Source: Anthoceros angustus
Taxonomy: Eukaryota; Plantae; Anthocerotophyta
DNA length: 64,000 bases
NCBI GenBank assembly: GCA_010909165.1
Contig: MU008156.1
Span: 248,001-312,000 of the forward strand
Direction: 5' to 3'
The position numbers and the translations under genes are program-made. The notes below the pieces were generated by a model. That model worked only from the letters and a program-made list of their open reading frames with translations, was not told the origin of the DNA and did not search any database. This document shows, in pieces, positions 24,301 through 37,890 of this stretch. Positions within the stretch are counted from its first letter, which is position 1. Every line of letters starts with the position of its first letter.

Positions 24301-25700
24301 TTTGCGCTGGAAATCAGACAGGGATTGAACACCACCAATCCATCTGAAGATCTTGGTACAGCAAAGTCACATAACATACCTATGGTTGCCATAGTAATGA
24401 TGGCCCAGTACAGAGATGTGACATATCTTGTCCCAACGTCGACATGTCGGAAGTCCTGGTATGATCGATCCCCAAGTTGCAGGCTTCCGATCCAGGTGTC
24501 AGTTTCCCGGTCTGACGGTACAGTGGTTGCAAGATAATAAAAGAAACAAGCAGCAACATGGGTACAATAAAACTCCACGAATATGAGCTTCAATATTCTG
24601 GTGGCGAAATAGTTGACACGTATGTCTTTCTCCAAAAGTTCAAGGAAGCCTGTAACCTTCCGAACTCGGTACAGTCGCAACCACACTAAAAACCTAACCT
24701 CCTCATTCCGACCAGTAGCCTGTGGATGCAGAAGCCAATTTACTTCGTCAGATGATACCGAAAAAGAGCTCAGAACAACCATGTGGCCAGAACCATTTAA
24801 ATCCTCCTCAAGATGTCGAATGAACAAAGCTATCTCTCACATGCTGCTAGCTACTGACTAGTAACCTTGTAGATGGAGTCCCAGGGTAAGCAAGCAAGAA
24901 CATCCGGTAACAAGTTGCTCTTTGCATATCTGCGAAGCCCAGGTTGCGAAATGCAACTGAATAAGAAGTAGCGTGAAATACGGCAATGGCGTGAAACCTG
25001 GTCCTGACAGAAAGCCTATGATGTGCAATGTCAGTACATCTTGGACACATCACAATGGATGCAGCATACCTCACAGCGATAGGACGGAAGTCAGTGACCA
25101 TTCTGTATGTCTCAACATCCTTAAATGCCACGAAAAACGTGATAATAACATCAGCAAAAAAGAAGAACTGTACAACAATGTCCGTGATCCACAATGCCCG
25201 TGGCAGTCCACGAAAAAACCCGAATTCAAATGGTGTGAATAAGGAAGAGTAGACTGCCAACAGAAGAACAAATTTGGCCCACAGCGAGTATTTCCTGCCA
25301 CAATTAGTAAGCAGCTCATCTTGTTAGCTCATATGAGGAGAGAACAGCGAGAAGGAACAAACACGCAAGGAGAAACTTGGTAAAATGAATTTCAAGATAC
25401 ACATACAATGGCTTTCACATGACTGCAACTGAACTCACAAGCTGTTGGGTTGAATGATCCATTGGTGAGATATGTTGGGAGGCCCAGCACGGATATCTAG
25501 ACCGCTCCGATTAACAGCAATCTCTCACGATTTTAGTAAGGCGTCCCCTGATAGAGTGCTCCAGAGGATCATCAAAATCTTGAACCTCAAATTCAGAATT
25601 TTCATTCTCTGCGGAGACTGCTTTGACCAAAACATGGTTGCTCAGTCTCTGTACTTCCAGCTCTTCCGGCCTTTCCAGTTCAGTCACATTGCTGAGCGTA
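21342..25700 (-). CDS. SKOR: Outward-rectifying Shaker K+ channel (SKOR/GORK-like); exons about 25690-25439, 25294-25070, 24929-24866, 24719-24380, 24203-23909, 23742-23662, 23575-23477, 23399-23178, 23074-22886, 22753-22678, 22561-22267, 22166-22004, 21903-21342; true start unresolved; 4 apparent 1-nt deletions
   Basis: S1 YSSLFTPFEFGFFRGLP; S4 WLRLYRVRKV; pore TMATIGYGDVHAVN; S6 DMILGAYLIGNMTALIVKGS (K-out signature); cNMP-binding domain (EEFFLPGEVILEQ, FGEVAVLCNVPQPYTVRV); ankyrin repeats (DYDGRTALHLAA, DYDLRTPLHVAA); KHA domain (RVTIFPYHP..GLVVWAPGTIEELL). GT-AG introns. Confidence 0.93.
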
Positions 25701-27105
25701 AACTACCATCTCCAGTATTTGGACCTGGATTCCCTCAACCGTACAGGAGGAAGACGTATCAAGAAATAATCTCTCAGCCCTGTTGCCATCGTCTTAGAAA
25801 GAGATTGTTTACATCATCCCCTCCTGTATCCTCATGAGCGTAAGCCAGAAAAGCAGAACTCTGTTGCTGATTTCTTGATCAGCCTAACAGGCCCCGTTGC
25901 ATTTTTCTGTGAGCAAGTAAACCCAGACTGAAAGCATCGGTATACACTACGACCATGGAGGCTAGGATAAGATGATGCAAATGGGATAAGAAGAGCAAGA
26001 CATAGAGTCGCACGATGAGAAGGAATTCTGAAGTCCAGGACATCGTTAGAGAAGGCAAACAAAAGGCTGCAAACTAGCAAGATTGTACACGTCCTCCACA
26101 TAAGAGGAGAAACATTTTTTACCTGTACCGCAAAGGCAGGCCTGCTAAATTGTTTCGTGCAGGCCTGTTTCGTGTGCTTCGCCCTCTGAGAACGTCGCAA
26201 GCGAACCAACCGGCGCCGCCTCAATGAGCAGAGGGACCATCAGCAACGCAGCAATGTGGTCTTTTGGAGTTGTGCGGGAAGCACCAGAACATGACAAATT
26301 CATGGAACGCAAACAGAAACTGCGCTTGTCTCAAATAGAAACTGCGCTTACATCCGCACTGATATTAGTCTGCGCTTCCAATTCGCAGACTTTGGGATAC
26401 GAATTATCAGAACTAGCTCAAAAGCCCGTCGCTCATGGCAGCGCAATTTGAGGTAATCCAGCAACAATCGCCGCGGAAGAACATGAATACCAAGTAAACA
26501 TCAGGCGGGAGAAATCGAGCTGCCAACTGCCAATATCGGGAAGAGGATCTGTCCAGCGCCAGCGCCAATTCAAGGGAGGCGGGGGAGAGAATGTCCGCCG
26601 ATTCTGGATCTCGGCCAGAAATATGCACCTGCTCCGTAATCAGGGTGCCGCAATTTAGCCCGCGGATTCTTGTTGCGTGTTGAAATTTCATCGCCGCGGC
26701 TGCCACGTTTCCCAGGTCACCGCTGTGAAGACAGGCCTGCCAAGCGGCGACCAAGCACTGGACCGTGTCTCATGAACAATCCCAACCGCGGAACGATCGC
26801 CTTTTGCAAGCTCTATTTTGGGCTTCTCCCGGCATCGCCATGTTCAGTGGCATCTACATCAGTTATATATTAGTTACGTCCCAGTTCTAGTTACACCTTT
26901 GATAACGATAATCTGGTATCAGGATATTATTTCTATGATATATAACCATATATAATAATAAATTATTAGTCTAAAAATAATATAAATAATGCCCCTTACG
27001 ATGGGGCCACTGAACAAACGACACAAAGTGCTAGCTTCCAAGGAGTCTAAGACCTCATCAATTCACTCCTAATTAGAGATATGCACCAACTTTCAGCCCT
27101 CTCAA

Positions 27106-27238
27106 CCTCGTAATGCAGCAATAGGCAGCAATAGGCTCCAAGTAGATCGCCATCAACCTCGTAATGCAGCAATAGGCTCCAAGTAGACCGCCATCAACCT
27201 CGTAATGCAGCAATAGGCTCCAAGTAGACCGCCATCAA
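27106..27238. repeat. 41-bp tandem repeat x3 in an LTR-like remnant
   Basis: CCTCGTAATGCAGCAATAGGCTCCAAGTAGACCGCCATCAA repeated three times (the first copy has a short internal duplication). Confidence 0.9.
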
Positions 27239-27329
27239 TTCACGACTCACGACCATCTCCTTGAGGGGATGCTCTTTATTCACATAATACACACTTAAAT
27301 CTATGTCCAGAGCGGTTGTTGTCAAAGCC

Positions 27330-28330
27330 TGGCGCTGCCAGGGCTCTAAAACGACGAATTGATGACACCATGGTCCGATGGAGGCGGATTCGTGAGGTAT
27401 TCGCCTACTGGAGCTATGTGCTGGAATCAGCAGTGGCCTAGAGGCCGTGCTAAGTGTGGAGTAAAGATCCTTAGTTACACATGTGTGGAAAAGGATGAGA
27501 AAGCTAGAGCAGTGGCCAGAAGCCAGATACTGGAGTTGCGCAAGTTGTATCGAGATTTTCTTTCGGAGGATGCCAGAGCATATTGCCTACAGATAAGAAG
27601 CTGGTAGGTAAGCGACAACTGCAGGTATAATGACTGCCTCAGCCCAAAAAGACTTAGGCAAGCGAGACTGGGCTAACATAGACCGGGCCATAGCCATAAG
27701 ATTGCCATTGGCCTTCTCAGCAACGCCATTCTAAGCAGAAGTATATAGAACAGTGAATTGTCTCAGGATCCCACACTCCTCACAGTAGTCTTTGAACTGA
27801 TGGTTGTTGAGTTCTCCCGCATTGTCTGATCTGATGCACCGCAGCTTGCAACTAGTGTGCAACTCGGCCATAGAAACAAAAGGTGAGAACACAGCAAATG
27901 AGTCACTCTTGAGGCAGGCGGAGTGCAAAGGAGTAGCAGGAATAATCATCCATTATCGTCATAAAATGGCGCGCTCCGCCTAAAGGAGTAACAGGGAGAG
28001 GTCCACACAAGTCTACGTGAACTAACTCCAAAGGCTGAGAAGCCCTATGAGAAGGAAGACCAGAGTAGGGAGAGCTCCGCTTAGCGGCGGACACGCTTCA
28101 AAGAGAGGTGGTGTCTTGGCTAAGGAGGGCGCTTATCTCGATACAAGTCTTGTTGAGTCATGGCAACGAGCTTGGCAGGATTGAGGTGCCCAAGTCGACA
28201 GTGCCAAAGTAGAGCATTCCCAGATGAAGGGAGCCCAGGTGGTGAGGCAACCTTAGAAGATGCCACCACTGAAGCAATTGTAGTGTTTGGAAGACCACAT
28301 GTACACTAACCCTTCCCTGGACTATCGGTT
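27330..28330 (-). mobile_element. Ty1/copia GAG-pre-integrase and integrase fragment (partial duplicate at about 30740-31100)
   Basis: [60 protein letters not shown]. Confidence 0.88.
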
Positions 28331-31300
28331 TGAACGTTTTTTTTTGTTTTTCTCATGTCTGGAGTGATGGAGTGCTTAGGAAATGTCTGAGGCAAAGACC
28401 TTTTATACCAAAAGTGGTCCTTGGCCCATGGCAATATTACTTCCACAAATAATTAGTCCTTGGGCCTCGAACTGTATGTCGGGCTAGAAGGTCCTTGGAC
28501 CTTGGGATTTTTAGGAATAAAAATTGTCTATATATGGTGGGGGGACTCTTCATTCAGCAATAGTGGTGCAGGGGAGTGGAAGGTGGCTAGTTCCACAACG
28601 GTGGTCGAGTATGGAACGTACGGATATAGGCCAGGGGGAGTTAACAACCCTAGTGGCGGAGCCGGGGTGACAGTGAGCTGAGCAGAGTCGGAGCGCAACT
28701 AGAAGAAAACCGCACCTTGGTACTGGAAGTCTGCGAGATTTCAAGGGGCAGGCGAGCTGAAGTTCGGCCAGGCGGAATTTCAGTGGAGTTGAGTGAAGGG
28801 CGCGCGCACGCAGACGGGGACGAGGGTTTTTTCGGCACCAGTGCCTGCATCTGTGGGAGGAGACTGGTGGAGTGTGCGGTCTACCAGGGCGACAGCGGCG
28901 GTAGAGGAGAGAGCCCCAGCACGCGTCGAGGCGAAACCGGTTGGTGTAGTCTCTGAGGCAGGGAGCCTGTGACTGAGCGGAGTGGGGTGGTCGCGGAGCT
29001 CGAAGGGGGACTTCCTCCTGGACTGTGGATCGGGGGCATAGCCTAGAGCAGTTTGAACCGGATAGGAGCGGGAAGGAGGAGATGGCGCCTCGGGCTGCGG
29101 CAGAGATTCCCACTACGCAATGCCCAACATGGATCATTGGAAGGTTAGAGCTGGTGGCCTTGTGCAGGAGCTGGGTCTGAACTCCATGGAGAAGAAGTAA
29201 TAGCGTCTCGGCATAGGGTTTTCTCCATTAAAGGGGTTTGGGTCCCTAAAGACCAAAAATGACCCAGCAGGCCAAAATGCATCATCTTTAGCAAAACCAC
29301 TCTTTAGACATGTCTTGAAAGACATTGACCATGTTATTTTCTTGTGAATACTTACGCTAAGGTTTAAGCCAAGAAGGTTCATGGATTTCACCTTCACAAG
29401 GAAGGATTTCAAGGATTTTAAGTGCTAGGAATCCTAAACACCTCTTTCGCAGCGATAGTACTTCCTAGCGAGGGTGAGCAGTAGGCAAACCAAACAAAAC
29501 TAGTCCGACCAAAGCTGCGGACGTCCGCGCAACCAACATAAAAGTAGCAATTGAGCCGAAAGAAGCAAGCTACGGACGTCCGGTGCAATTGTGAGAGAAC
29601 ATTAACCGATAGCCTGATCATGGCTATCTCGAGAGGACCAAACTACGACTCTAGAAAGTAGCGCTGGGCGTGCAGTGCCTTTGAGTACACAACCCTAGGA
29701 TCTCCATTGTTAGAGTGAAAACCATAAGAAGGAATTGGAGCAATGCGCCGGACGTTCGGCACATTGGCGCGAGTCTGCTAAAGCCTGCGCCGGACGTCCA
29801 GTGCAAATGTATATATATTGTTTGTATCTCTTGGGTGGAGATAGACACATTGGCATAAGAACTCCAAGGTTAAGCACCCTTGGGTTAGATTAGTACTAGG
29901 ATGGGGTGCTTGACTTTGTTGTTTTGAGAACTCCACGATTGAGCACTCTTGGGTCGGATTAGTACTAGGATGGGTTGCTTGTTTTTGGCGCTTTGAAAAC
30001 TTTGTAACAACTCCACTGTGAAGCAACTCTGGTAAGGGTGGAGATAGACACATTGGCATAAGAACAGACACATTGGCATAAGAACTCCAAGGTTAAGCAC
30101 CCCTGGGTTGAATTAGTACTAGGATGGGGTGCTTGACTTTGGTGTTTTGAGAACTCCACGATTAAGCACTCTTGGGTCGGATTAGTACTAGGATGGGTTT
30201 CTTGTTTTTGGCGCTTTGAAAACTTTGTAACAACTCCACTGTCAAGCAACCTAGAGGTGTATCAATACCAGGATGGAGTGTTGACTTTTAGTGGTATGAA
30301 AAATTTGTAAATCATCCCGGTATCTAGGCGTAAAGTCATGAATATTATTTTTGAAAAAAATTTGTTGGTTGATGTTATATTCCCACATTCGCTTTGTATA
30401 CAACATGTAAAACCTTTTTGGCCTTATTCTATGTGCCCCTACCAATGACTTGCAGCTGGATCTCTTTGATTGGTGCGCCAAATGTCCGGCTCATTCAAGT
30501 TTGATGCACGTATAGATGCATAGGCCTTGGTTTCTAGATGAGCTACATTTTCCAAAATTCGACATGTATGATGGTGGTTTCTAATGGCCAACCTTTTGAA
30601 GGCGACAATGTTTCACAATGTTTTGCGGAGAAGCAAGAAAATAAATAGAATAGATGATTTGTCCTTGAGTAATGAAAGCACATCGGATGCACTCGAACAC
30701 AAGTATAAGAGAGCATGCACAGCTTGCCTAAGCGAGCAGTGAGAGAGGTCCACACACAAGTCTAGAACTAACTCCCAAAGGGCCGAGAAGCCCTGAGAAG
30801 GAAGACCAGGTAGGGAGAGCTGCTTAGCGCAGCGGACACGCTTCAAAGAGAGGTGTCTTGGCTAAGGAGGGCAGCTTATCTCGATACAAGTCTTGTTGAG
30901 TCATGGCAGAGCTTGGTGATTGAGGCAAGTCCACAGCAAAGTAGAGCATTCCGGATAGGGAGCCCGGTGGTGAGGCAACCTTAGAAGATGCCACCACCGA
31001 AGCAATTGTAGTGTTTGGAAGACCATGTACACTAACCTTCGGACTATGGGTTTGAGTTTTTTTTGTTTTCTCATGCGAGATGGAGTGCTTAGAAATAAGA
31101 GGCAAAGACCTTTATACCAAAAGTGGTCCTTGGCCCATGGCAATATTTCCACAAATAATTAGTCCTTGGGCCTCGAACTGTTATGTCGGGCTAGAAGGTC
31201 CTTGGACCTTGGGATTTTAGGAATAAAAATTGTCTATATAGGTGGGGGACTCTTCATTCGCAATAGTGGTGCGGAGTGGAAGGTGGCTAGTTCCACAACG

Positions 31301-33140
31301 TGTGGTCGAGTATGGAACGATTTGGAGCAGGGGGACTTAACCCTAGTGGCGGAGGCGAGGGCGTGAGCCTGAGCGCAACCGGAAGAAAACCGCACTGGAA
31401 GTAGTCGGCAGTGAAAGTTCGGGCGGAATTCTCGGTGGAGTTGAGTGAAGGGAAAGAGCATTGGCTCGACGAGTTCGGCACAAAGGCTCTACCTGGAGGA
31501 GATGGAGCAAGGCCTACTGTAGATCTACTGAGGAGAACCAAGAGAGGCGACCGGTTGGTGTAGTCTCTGAGCGGATCAGGAGGGGGTCATGAGTGGCACT
31601 TCTGGATCGGGGCAGCAGCCTAGAGGCAACCATAGAGCGGAAGGAGGAGATAGGCCGCGCAGATTCTACCAAATGAACATGGATCAAAGGTTAGTAGCCT
31701 TTGTGCAGGAGGGGTCTGAACTATGGAGAAGAAAATAGTTCTAGATAGGGGTTTTCTCCTTAAAGGGGTTTGTCCCTAGACCAAAAATGACAACTCCAAA
31801 ATGCATCATCTTTAGCAAAACCACTCTTTAGACATGTCTTGAAAGACATTGACCATGTTATTTTCTTGTGAATACTTACGCTAAGGTTTAAGCGAAGAAG
31901 GTTCATGGATTTCACCTTCACAAGGAAGGGATTTCAAGGATTTTAACAGTGCTAGGAATCCTAAACACCTCTTTCGCAGCGATAGTACTTCCTAGCAGGG
32001 TGAACAGTAGGCAAACCAAACAAAACTAGTCCAAGCCAAAGCTGCGGACGTCCGGCGCAACCAACATAAAAGTAGCAATTCGCAAGCCGAAAAGAAGCAA
32101 CTGCGCCGGACGTCCGGCGCAATTGTGAGAGAACATTAACCGATAGCCTGATCATGGCCATCTCGAGAGGACCAAACTACGACTCTAGAAAGTAGCGCTG
32201 GACGTCTGGTGCACTGTGAGTACACAACCCTGGGATCTCCATTGTTAGAGTGAAAAACATAGGAAGGAATTGGAGCAATGCGCCGGACGTTCGGCACATT
32301 GGCGCGAGTCTGCTAAAGCCTGCGCCGGACGTCCGGCGCATATTGTTTGTATCTCTTGGGTGGAGATAGACACATTGGCATAAGAACTCCAAGGTTAAGC
32401 ACCCTTGGGTTAGATTAGTACTAGGATGGGGTGCTTGACTTTGTTGTTTTGAGAACTCCACGATTGAGCACTCTTGGGTGGATTAGTACTAGGATGGGTT
32501 GCTTGTTTTGGCGCTTTGAAAACTTTGTAAAACTCCATGAAGCATGATGGGTGAATGATTGATAAGAAGACAATTGTAAGAACTCCAGGTTGCATGGGTT
32601 GAATTAGTATCTAGGATGGGTTTGACCTTGGTTTGAGAACTCACGCACATCCGGATTAGTACTAGATGGCAATGGCGCTTTTGAAAACTTTATAACTCTC
32701 ACAAGAATAGAGGTGTATCACTGGATGGAGTGTTGCTTTAGTGTGAAAACAAAATCATCCGGGATCTAGAAGAAGTCATGAATATTATTTTGAAAAAATT
32801 TGTTATTGACGTTATATTCTCACATTCGCTTTGTATACAACATGTAAAACCTTTTGGCCTTACTCTATGTGCCCCTTGTGACTTGCAATTTGGATCTCTT
32901 TGATTGGTGCGCCAAATGTCCGGCTCATTCGAGTTTGATGCACGTATAGATGCATAGGCCTTGGTTTCTAGATGAGCTACATTTTCCAAAATTCGACATG
33001 TATGATGGTGGTTTCTAATGGCCAACCTTTTGAAGACGACAATGTTTCACAATGTTTTGCAGAGAAGCAAGAAAATAAATAGAATAGATGATTTGTCCTT
33101 GAGTAATGAAAGCCTGTCGGATGCAGTCGAACACAAGTAT
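28000..33140. repeat. Head-to-tail duplication, about 28000-30720 / 30740-33140, of a composite unclassified repeat
   Basis: Colinear alignment across the copia piece, a GC-rich block, the palindromic-motif block and the 204-bp repeat block; the second copy has many small deletions. Confidence 0.88.
29835..30250. repeat. About 204-bp tandem repeat built from 69, 81 and 54 bp related subunits
   Basis: Recurrent AACTCC...GATTAGTACTAGGATGGG modules. Confidence 0.8.
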
Positions 33141-33149
33141 AAGAGCATC

Positions 33150-35300
33150 TCGCCGGGTGCCTTGCCCGCGAGAGCGCGAGTCAAGAAAGAGGGCTGTCGC
33201 CAGTGGGGTTTTGACCAAATGGTGAGTATTTCGGTGAGGCTCGAAGGAGGACTGTCATACCCACCGGATGCTTGGTGATTGTGGAAAATGTGTTAGACAA
33301 ACTATAGCCAAGCTTCGCCAGAGATTTTGAATTTAAAATCGACTTGCTCCATGTGCCACCCATGGATAGATTAAGGTTGAAAGCGGTACGGACTTGACAA
33401 GAAGAAATGTAAGCTTTGAAGAGTTTGATCAAGAACGGTTGAGGAGGCCTCACCATCCTTTACCTTGTCCAATTCTCGCCCGCGAGGCCTAATCTGAGAT
33501 CTAAGTGCGGCTTATCTCGACACGGAGGGGCCAGTCGATATGCCCGCCGAGGATTGTGAATACTTCTTTGAAAAGAGAATTGATGAGTGTTGGTGCGGTG
33601 GCAAGTGTGCACAAGCAACGAGCGAAAGTGCTTACCTACACAAGTATTGGCAACCCTCTCCAAACCCGTGTATTGCACCTCTTTGGAGTTTAAGTCGCGG
33701 ACGTTCGGCGCCTCCGGCTCTTTGGAGCATAAGTCATGATCATCCGGCCACTTGGTACAAAGGTGTGTCCGCATTTGTGCGGACGGTGGGCACGATAGGT
33801 CTTCTTTTGGGCTCGGATGCATGGGGTGTGGGTTCGCAAATCATTGAAAGCAGTGAAATGAGACATGTGCATTTACGGATGGTTGGGGCCAAAATGGGGT
33901 TGAGACAAACCCCTATCTTTGGCTCTCTTGTTAAGTGGTGTTACGATCAAACCTTTGTGCGAGTGTGCCCGCCAATTGAAGGCCAAGTCGCAAGAGGGTG
34001 ACATGAGGCGAGGCGCAAAATTGGGACAGGAACTCTTCCGGCGGTGTATGGGCGGGAGGAGTCGGAAGGCAGGAGCACAGTGATTGACCCCCAGAGGAAG
34101 AAGACCTTGAAGGCCGCAGTGCAATTATGAAGCACGGGGAGGTGCAGGCTAACAATGGATGGGTGACCTGTCAACTGGCATCCGTGCAACTCGTGGGGGC
34201 CAAGTGGATTTTGTGCTTCTGCGAGCAGGTGGATCACATGGCGGACCACTTCACAGTCTTCCTCCATGAAGTAGTTAAGTTAACTACTTCATGAGCCTGT
34301 TGAGGCGGAATAATTTTTGAGAGGCGTGTGAAGAGGCGAACTTGCTCTCCTCCACTCCTCGTCCCTCTCTGATCTCGCCCTTCTTGATTCATGTATTTGC
34401 GCATTCCAAGTGTCTAACTGAGTTGGAGGTTATGTCTGCCCTCCATAGCTGGAAGCCGGTCAGGGAGCTCACGGTAGAAGAAGAGGAGACCAAGGAAGAT
34501 TCGGGGGAGGACTCCAGCAGTTGGGAATTTGCGGCCCCCGAAGATTCAGATGAAGCAGGGGAGGTCGCAAAGAGCCGGAAAAGGAAAGCAGGGGCGACAG
34601 GACGGGGGTCGACCAAGAAGGGGAAGGCGGCCTGATGGGGCGGGAGCTCAGAACCACACCGGGTCACAGTCGAGGCAGCAGAACCACGGGAGAAGGAGGG
34701 AAGGCAAAAGGAAAGCGGTGGGTTATCCCTCTGTGGTGTGGAGGGCAGTCAGTAGGGAGTTTTTATGAATGAGGAGGCGTTTGCGGACCAACTCCTAGGG
34801 AGGAAGAATTAACTCCGGCGGGGTTCACATCGGAGTTGAAGGACATTTTGGGGATACTCTTTTGGCCTATCCATTTCGGGTGGAGGCAAGTGACACGGCC
34901 AGTCACGGGGCCCGATGTGGAAGGGATGGGCACGCCCAATTTGGTGACTGCGAGGATCGACTTCATGATCGAGACCAGTCGGATCTTCTCGACCAAGCAG
35001 CCATGGCTCTCACCTGGCTTAGTATGCAGGGGCAGCAAGAGAAGCTGCTCAAGGAAAAGTTGGAGGGAGTGAAGAGCGAGAAAAAGGTAGCGGAGGACCG
35101 CAGGCGGGAGTGTGAAGAGTCACTAAGCAAGACACAGGAGGAGCTGAGGGATATGTCCACCCAACAGGAGGCCCTGGTGACCCAAGTATTAAGGCAGACG
35201 GGCGTCACGGCCGAGCAGTCGAGGCCGTTAGGCGAGACCGTTCTAGGCCGTGGCGCCTGACGCGCCCGTTTCTAGCGTAAGGGAGCGGCCGAGGATGGGG
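33150..35300 (+). mobile_element. Fragment of a gypsy accessory ORF (homolog of the ORF at 54850-57600)
   Basis: NGWVTCQLASVQLVGAKWILCF..DHMADHFTVFLHEVVK, SLISPFLIHVFAHSKCLTELEVMSALHSWKPVRE and the coiled coil ..DMSTQQEALVTQ align with the main element's ORF pieces. Confidence 0.7.
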
Positions 35301-37890
35301 CCGAGACGCGCCACTCGGCTGAGGCGGCCAGTGGGTCTCTGTATTTTAAGAGTTGTTGCCCTATCCACCCATAGCTTTCTTTCTCTCTCTTTCAAGCAAA
35401 AGTTACCGATTTTTCACTTTAGTACTTTATAGTGTTCGAGCTTTTCTCCATCATTTTACCTTAGTATTTTCATAGTTTTAGGGTTCGCTTACTTTCTAAG
35501 TATCTTCTACCCAGTTGAAAGGGTATACACGGTCGATCCCCATCTTGTCTTTGCATCTTCAAGATGTATCATCTTGTATACTTTAAGCTCTGCGGTTCTT
35601 AAGTTACTGAGCGTTCAAAACCATTGATGCTTACCAACTTCTTGGTATAAGCGTTTAGATTTCGTACACAAGAAATGGAAATTGTTAAGCGCGACGCCTA
35701 GTGTGTTCGATGATGGTACTCGATCGCCTCGTGTTGTGACATCGCCTTAGTGGAAGCCAAGCGACCTGCGCCTACACGGCGTCTGGATTAGTTTAGTCGG
35801 GAGGGCGGTAACAATATTGTTGAACACCCGTTGATTACCTTGCTTTTCGTTGAAGTGCCGAGTGTCGAGCGACCCGTGCTGCACAAAGGGATTAGCGTCG
35901 ATCATTTCATACGATGAAACGGACATCAAACTCGGTCATGGTCTATTTCTTCTGCAAAGACATCAAAACTTATCGACGCTTTCTTGATTAGTGGCTTTTG
36001 ATCAGGCGAAAGGCGCTTTACAATGATAACATGCACAAACACATGGCGGACGGAACACCGCACATGCTGTACACGCATACAGATAACAACAGACCAACGT
36101 ATCACGTTTCTACAACATCAGACCGAGTGCGAGAGCCTACACTAAAACCTTCTTGAAACAAATTGCATATTGCAAGAAATCAGGTATTCTGAGTCTGAAA
36201 CTAACCTGGAAGAGCGTAGGAACACCTTGGTGGAACCAAACGACTTGTTGCCTACACACTGAAAACGGATCAGTTTCTGTGAGGAGGATTGACAACAATA
36301 TTGCTGAACTTGTGCTTGATTACCTTGCTTTTCGTTGAAGTGCCGTCGCGAGTCAACGCAGAATTTTTATGAATGAGGAGGCAGTTGCAGACCAACTCCT
36401 AGGGGAGGAAGAATTAACTCCGGCAGCAGGGTTCACATCGGAGTTGAAGGACATTTTTGGGGATACTCTTTTGGCCTATCCAGCTCGGGTGGAGGCAAGT
36501 GACACAGCCCGAGTACGGGGCCTGATGTGGAAGGGGATGGGCACTGCCCAATTTGGTGACCTGCAGGATCTGACTTCGCAATGACTCAGACCCAGTCGGA
36601 TCTTCTCGACCAAGCAGCCATGGCTCTCACACAGCTTAGTATGGGCGTGTGAACTCAAGGAAAAGTTGGAGGGAGTGAAGGCGAGAAAGGAGGGAGGACC
36701 GCAGCGGAGTGTGAAGAGTCACTAAGCAAGACACGGAGGAGGCGGGGATATGTCCACCCAACAGAGGCCTGTGACCCAGAGTTAAAGGCAGACGCGAGGC
36801 GTCACGGCCGAGAACGAGGCCGGTCGAGACCGTTAGGCCGTGGCGCCTGACGCGCCCCTAGCGTAAGGGAGCGGGGGATGGGGCCGAGACGCGCCACTCG
36901 GCTGACCGAGGCGGCTGCATGTCGCATTTTAAGAGTTGTTGCCCTATCCACCCTTTTATAGCTTTCTTTCTCTCTTCAAGCAAAAGTTACCGATTTTTCA
37001 CTTTCGTACTTTATAGTGTTCGAGCTTTTCTCCATCATTTTACCTTAGTATTTTCATAGTTTTAGGGTTCGCTTACTTTCTAAGTATCTTCTACCCAGTT
37101 GAAAGGGTATACACGGTCGATCCATGCAAGATGTCATGCCGCAAAGACTCATTCATGCCGTATACTTTAAGCTCTGCGGTTCTTAAGTTACGAGGCGTTC
37201 AAAAACCGCTTGATGCTTACCAACTTCGGTATAAGCGTTTAGATTTCGTACACAAGAAATGGAAATTGTTAAGCGCGACGCCTAGTGTGTTCTCGATGAT
37301 GGTACTCGATCAGCCTCGTGGTTTGACATCGCCTTAGTGGAAGCCAAGCGACCGCTGCCCTACGTGCAGGATTAGTTTCCGGAGGGCGACAACATATTGT
37401 TGAACCCGTGGTTGATTACCTTGCTGAAGCGCCGACGCGAAGAGGGCCGAACGACCAGTCTGCACAAAAAGGATTAGCGCCATTTCACGAGAAACGGACA
37501 TCAAACTCGGTCATGGTCTATTTCTTCTGCCGCAAAGACATCAAAACTTATCGACGTTTCTTGATTAGTGGCTTTTGATCGAAGGACGCTTTACAATGAT
37601 AACATGCACAACACATGGCGACGGAACACCGCCGCATACACGACAGATAACAGACCAACGATCGTTTCTACAACATCGACTGAAAAGAGCCTACACTAAA
37701 ACCTTCTTGAAACAAATTGCATATTGCAAGAAATCGTATTCGACCGAAACTAACTCGAAGAGGCGTAGGAACACCTTGGTGGAACCAAGCGACTTGTTGC
37801 CTACAAATCGAAAACGGATCCGTGAGGAGGATTGACAACAATATTGAACTTGTGCTTGATTACCTTGCTTTTCGCTGAAGTGCCGCGAGT
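34760..37890. repeat. Head-to-tail duplication, unit about 1.6 kb (34760-36345 / 36362-37890)
   Basis: Both copies start TTTTTATGAATGAGGAGGC and align colinearly with many small indels. Confidence 0.9.

Noticed and set aside
26990-27035. Helitron-like 3' hairpin (GCCCC-TTACGAT-GGGGC) followed by CTAG
   Set aside because: Stem is only 5 bp, CTAG is too far away and not followed by T, and no 5' TC end was identified.
35640-35780. Harbinger-like (IENTLGVALNNF, minus) and PD-(D/E)xK-like (DIALVEAKR, plus) peptides
   Set aside because: They overlap on opposite strands and lack supporting upstream motifs; probably chance.
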